From Anaerohalosphaeraceae bacterium (GTDB lineage Bacteria > Planctomycetota > Phycisphaerae > Sedimentisphaerales > Anaerohalosphaeraceae), in contig CAXXSL010000003.1 in NCBI GenBank assembly GCA_963675525.2, forward strand, positions 1-15,804: a stretch of 15,804 nucleotides of DNA, given 5' to 3'. A program made the translations under genes and the position numbers. Positions 13,989 through 15,804 of this stretch are shown piece after piece. Positions within the stretch are counted from its first letter, which is position 1; each line of letters starts with the position of its first letter. The notes under the pieces are model-generated. The model made no database searches. It was given only the letters and a program-made list of their open reading frames with translations, and was not told where the DNA came from.

Positions 13989-15664
13989 TTAATCCCATTT
14001 CAGAATGGCACCCGTATCGGCACTGGTGGCCATGGCCGCGTATTTACCGAGGCAGCCGGTTGTAATATTGGGCTTGCGGGGTTTCCAGGCCTTTTTGCGT
14101 TCGGCCAGTTCGGTATCGCTGACATTGAGCTTGATCATATTGTTGGGAATATCGACCTCGATGATGTCGCCTTCTTTGACCATTCCGATGGGTCCGCCGA
14201 CCGCTGCTTCCGGACTGACATGCCCGATGCACGCACCACGCGTGTGCCGCCCGAAAAACGCCCATCCGTGATCAGCGCCACCGATTCACCCAGCCCGGCC
14301 CCCATAATATAGCTCGTCGGCGACAGCATTTCCTGCATCCCAGGACCGCCCCGCGGCCCTTCGTAGCGAATCACCACAACATCCCCGGCCTTGACCTTGC
14401 CGCCGAGAATGCCGTCGCAAGCCTCTTCCTGACTTTCGAAGATCACTGCCGGTCCGCTGTGCGTCAGCATCGACGGCATCACACCTGCGGCCTTGACCAC
14501 ACAGCCATTGGGAGCCAGGTTGCCATGCAAAATCGCAAGCCCACCCGTCTTGGAATAGGCCTGCTCGACCGGATGAATGCACTCCGGATTTTTCGTCGTC
14601 GCCCCTTTGATCCGTTCGCCCAGCGTCACACCCGACACTGTCATGCAGTCAAGGTTCAGCAGACCATCGATCTTGCTGATCTCGCCGAGGATCGCACTGA
14701 TCCCGCCGGCCGCATCCACGTCTTCCATGTGCCAGGCACTGGATGGAGACACCTTGCAGATATTCGGGCATTTGGCGCTGATCGCGTTGATGCGTTCAAG
14801 GCTGTATTCCACGCCTGCTTCGTTAGCGATCGCCAGCGTATGCAGAACGGTATTCGTCGAGCCGCCCATCGCCATATCCAGGATGAACGCGTTATCGATC
14901 GATTTTTCGGTTACGATATCCAGCGGCCTGGGAGCTTCCGCTGCCGCCATCGCCACAATGCGAGTCGCAGCTTGTTTATACAAGTCCTGCCGTTTCGGAT
15001 CGACCGCCAGAATGGTTCCATTGCCCGGCAGCGCCATCCCGATCGCCTCGCACAGACAGTTCATGCTGTTGGCGGTAAACATCCCCGAACAGCTTCCCGG
15101 CGTCGGACAGCCGGAACATTCAAGGTCGCCCAGTTCATCTTCGGATATCTTTTTCGCATTATATTTGGCAACACCCTCGAAAATAGAGATCAGGTCCGTC
15201 GCCTTGCCGTCTTTGGCTTTGCCCGCAGCCATCGGCCCGCCGGAAACAAACAGCGTCGGAACATTCAGCCGCATCGTCGCCATCAGCATCCCCGGCACGA
15301 TCTTGTCACAGTTCGGAATGCAGATCATGCCGTCAAACATATGCGCCCGCATCATGGTTTCCACCGAGTCGGCAATGATCTCGCGCGACGGCAGCGAATA
15401 CTTCATCCCCGTATGTCCCATCGCAACCCCGTCGCAAACGGCTATCGTGTTGAACTCAAACGGCACACCGCCGGCGGCGCGGATCGCCTGCTTGATCACC
15501 CGCCCCACTTCCTGCAGGTGAACATGGCCGGCCACTACATCACAATAACTGTTGCAAACCGCGATGAATGGCTTATCCATATCCTCTGCTTTCACGCCGC
15601 AGGCATGCAGCAATCCGCGGTGAGGGGCACGCTGAAATCCCTTTTTAACCGTATCACTTCTCAT
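13989..15664 (-). pseudogene. ilvD: Dihydroxy-acid dehydratase with a 2-nt frameshift at about 14239-14242 (pseudogene or sequence error; 557 aa if corrected)
   Basis: [69 protein letters not shown]. The conserved continuation [25 protein letters not shown]...SADTGAILKWD lies in another frame. Confidence 0.93.
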
Positions 15665-15714
15665 AATTGTCTCCCGAATAAGTGGTTATGCTCTGTACAT
15701 TCGCTGCGATCGCC

Positions 15715-15732
15715 AAAATCGCCGGCGATTTT
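15715..15732. promoter_or_regulatory. Perfect 18-bp palindrome in the ilvD leader
   Basis: AAAATCGCC|GGCGATTTT, between the putative -10 box and the GGGAG RBS of ilvD. Confidence 0.55.
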
Positions 15733-15742
15733 CAAACAATTC

Positions 15743-15770
15743 ATTATAGCCAATCCAACGCCGCCCACAA
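15743..15770 (-). promoter_or_regulatory. Putative ilvD promoter
   Basis: Minus strand TATAAT (15748-15743) with a weak TTGTGG 16 nt upstream. Confidence 0.45.
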
Positions 15771-15804
15771 ACCCGAAAAATTAGATTTTACCCCACAACA
15801 ACTG

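Noticed and set aside
13989..14183. 64-aa minus-strand ORF as a separate gene
   Set aside because: It is the frameshifted C-terminus of IlvD.
14459..15784. Long plus-strand ORFs (441 aa and 314 aa) antisense to ilvD
   Set aside because: Shadow ORFs of a GC-rich conserved gene, with no recognisable motifs and skewed composition.
1..15804. CRISPR arrays, tRNA/rRNA genes, transposases, defence systems
   Set aside because: None recognisable. The short repeats have no spacers and the intergenic regions are too small.

Overview
Bacterial chromosomal segment, most likely from a planctomycete of class Phycisphaerae. That placement is inferred from a prepilin/H-X9-DG protein, a PQQ-like propeller protein, tandem YkgJ proteins, and a murC-murB-ddl-ftsQ-like block with no ftsA/ftsZ after it. 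Gene order: 3' part of a U32/TrhP-like protein; type IV ABC half-transporter; two different secreted S41 peptidases; convergent PQQ-like beta-propeller protein; murC, murB, ddl, divergent ftsQ-like; two YkgJ Cys-cluster proteins; a prepilin-type protein; and ilvD carrying a 2-nt frameshift. The most notable unannotated signal is the 248-nt spacer between the two S41 genes. It holds a promoter plus a decayed murC 5' end (GIGGI motif) fused to an 87%-identical copy of the last 63 nt of the ABC gene. The locus therefore reads as two tandem 'ABC 3' end - protease cargo - murC 5' end' units from diverged alleles, i.e. a variable cargo slot filled twice. Several housekeeping intergenic spacers also carry period-7 or period-9 micro-repeats, some with hairpins.
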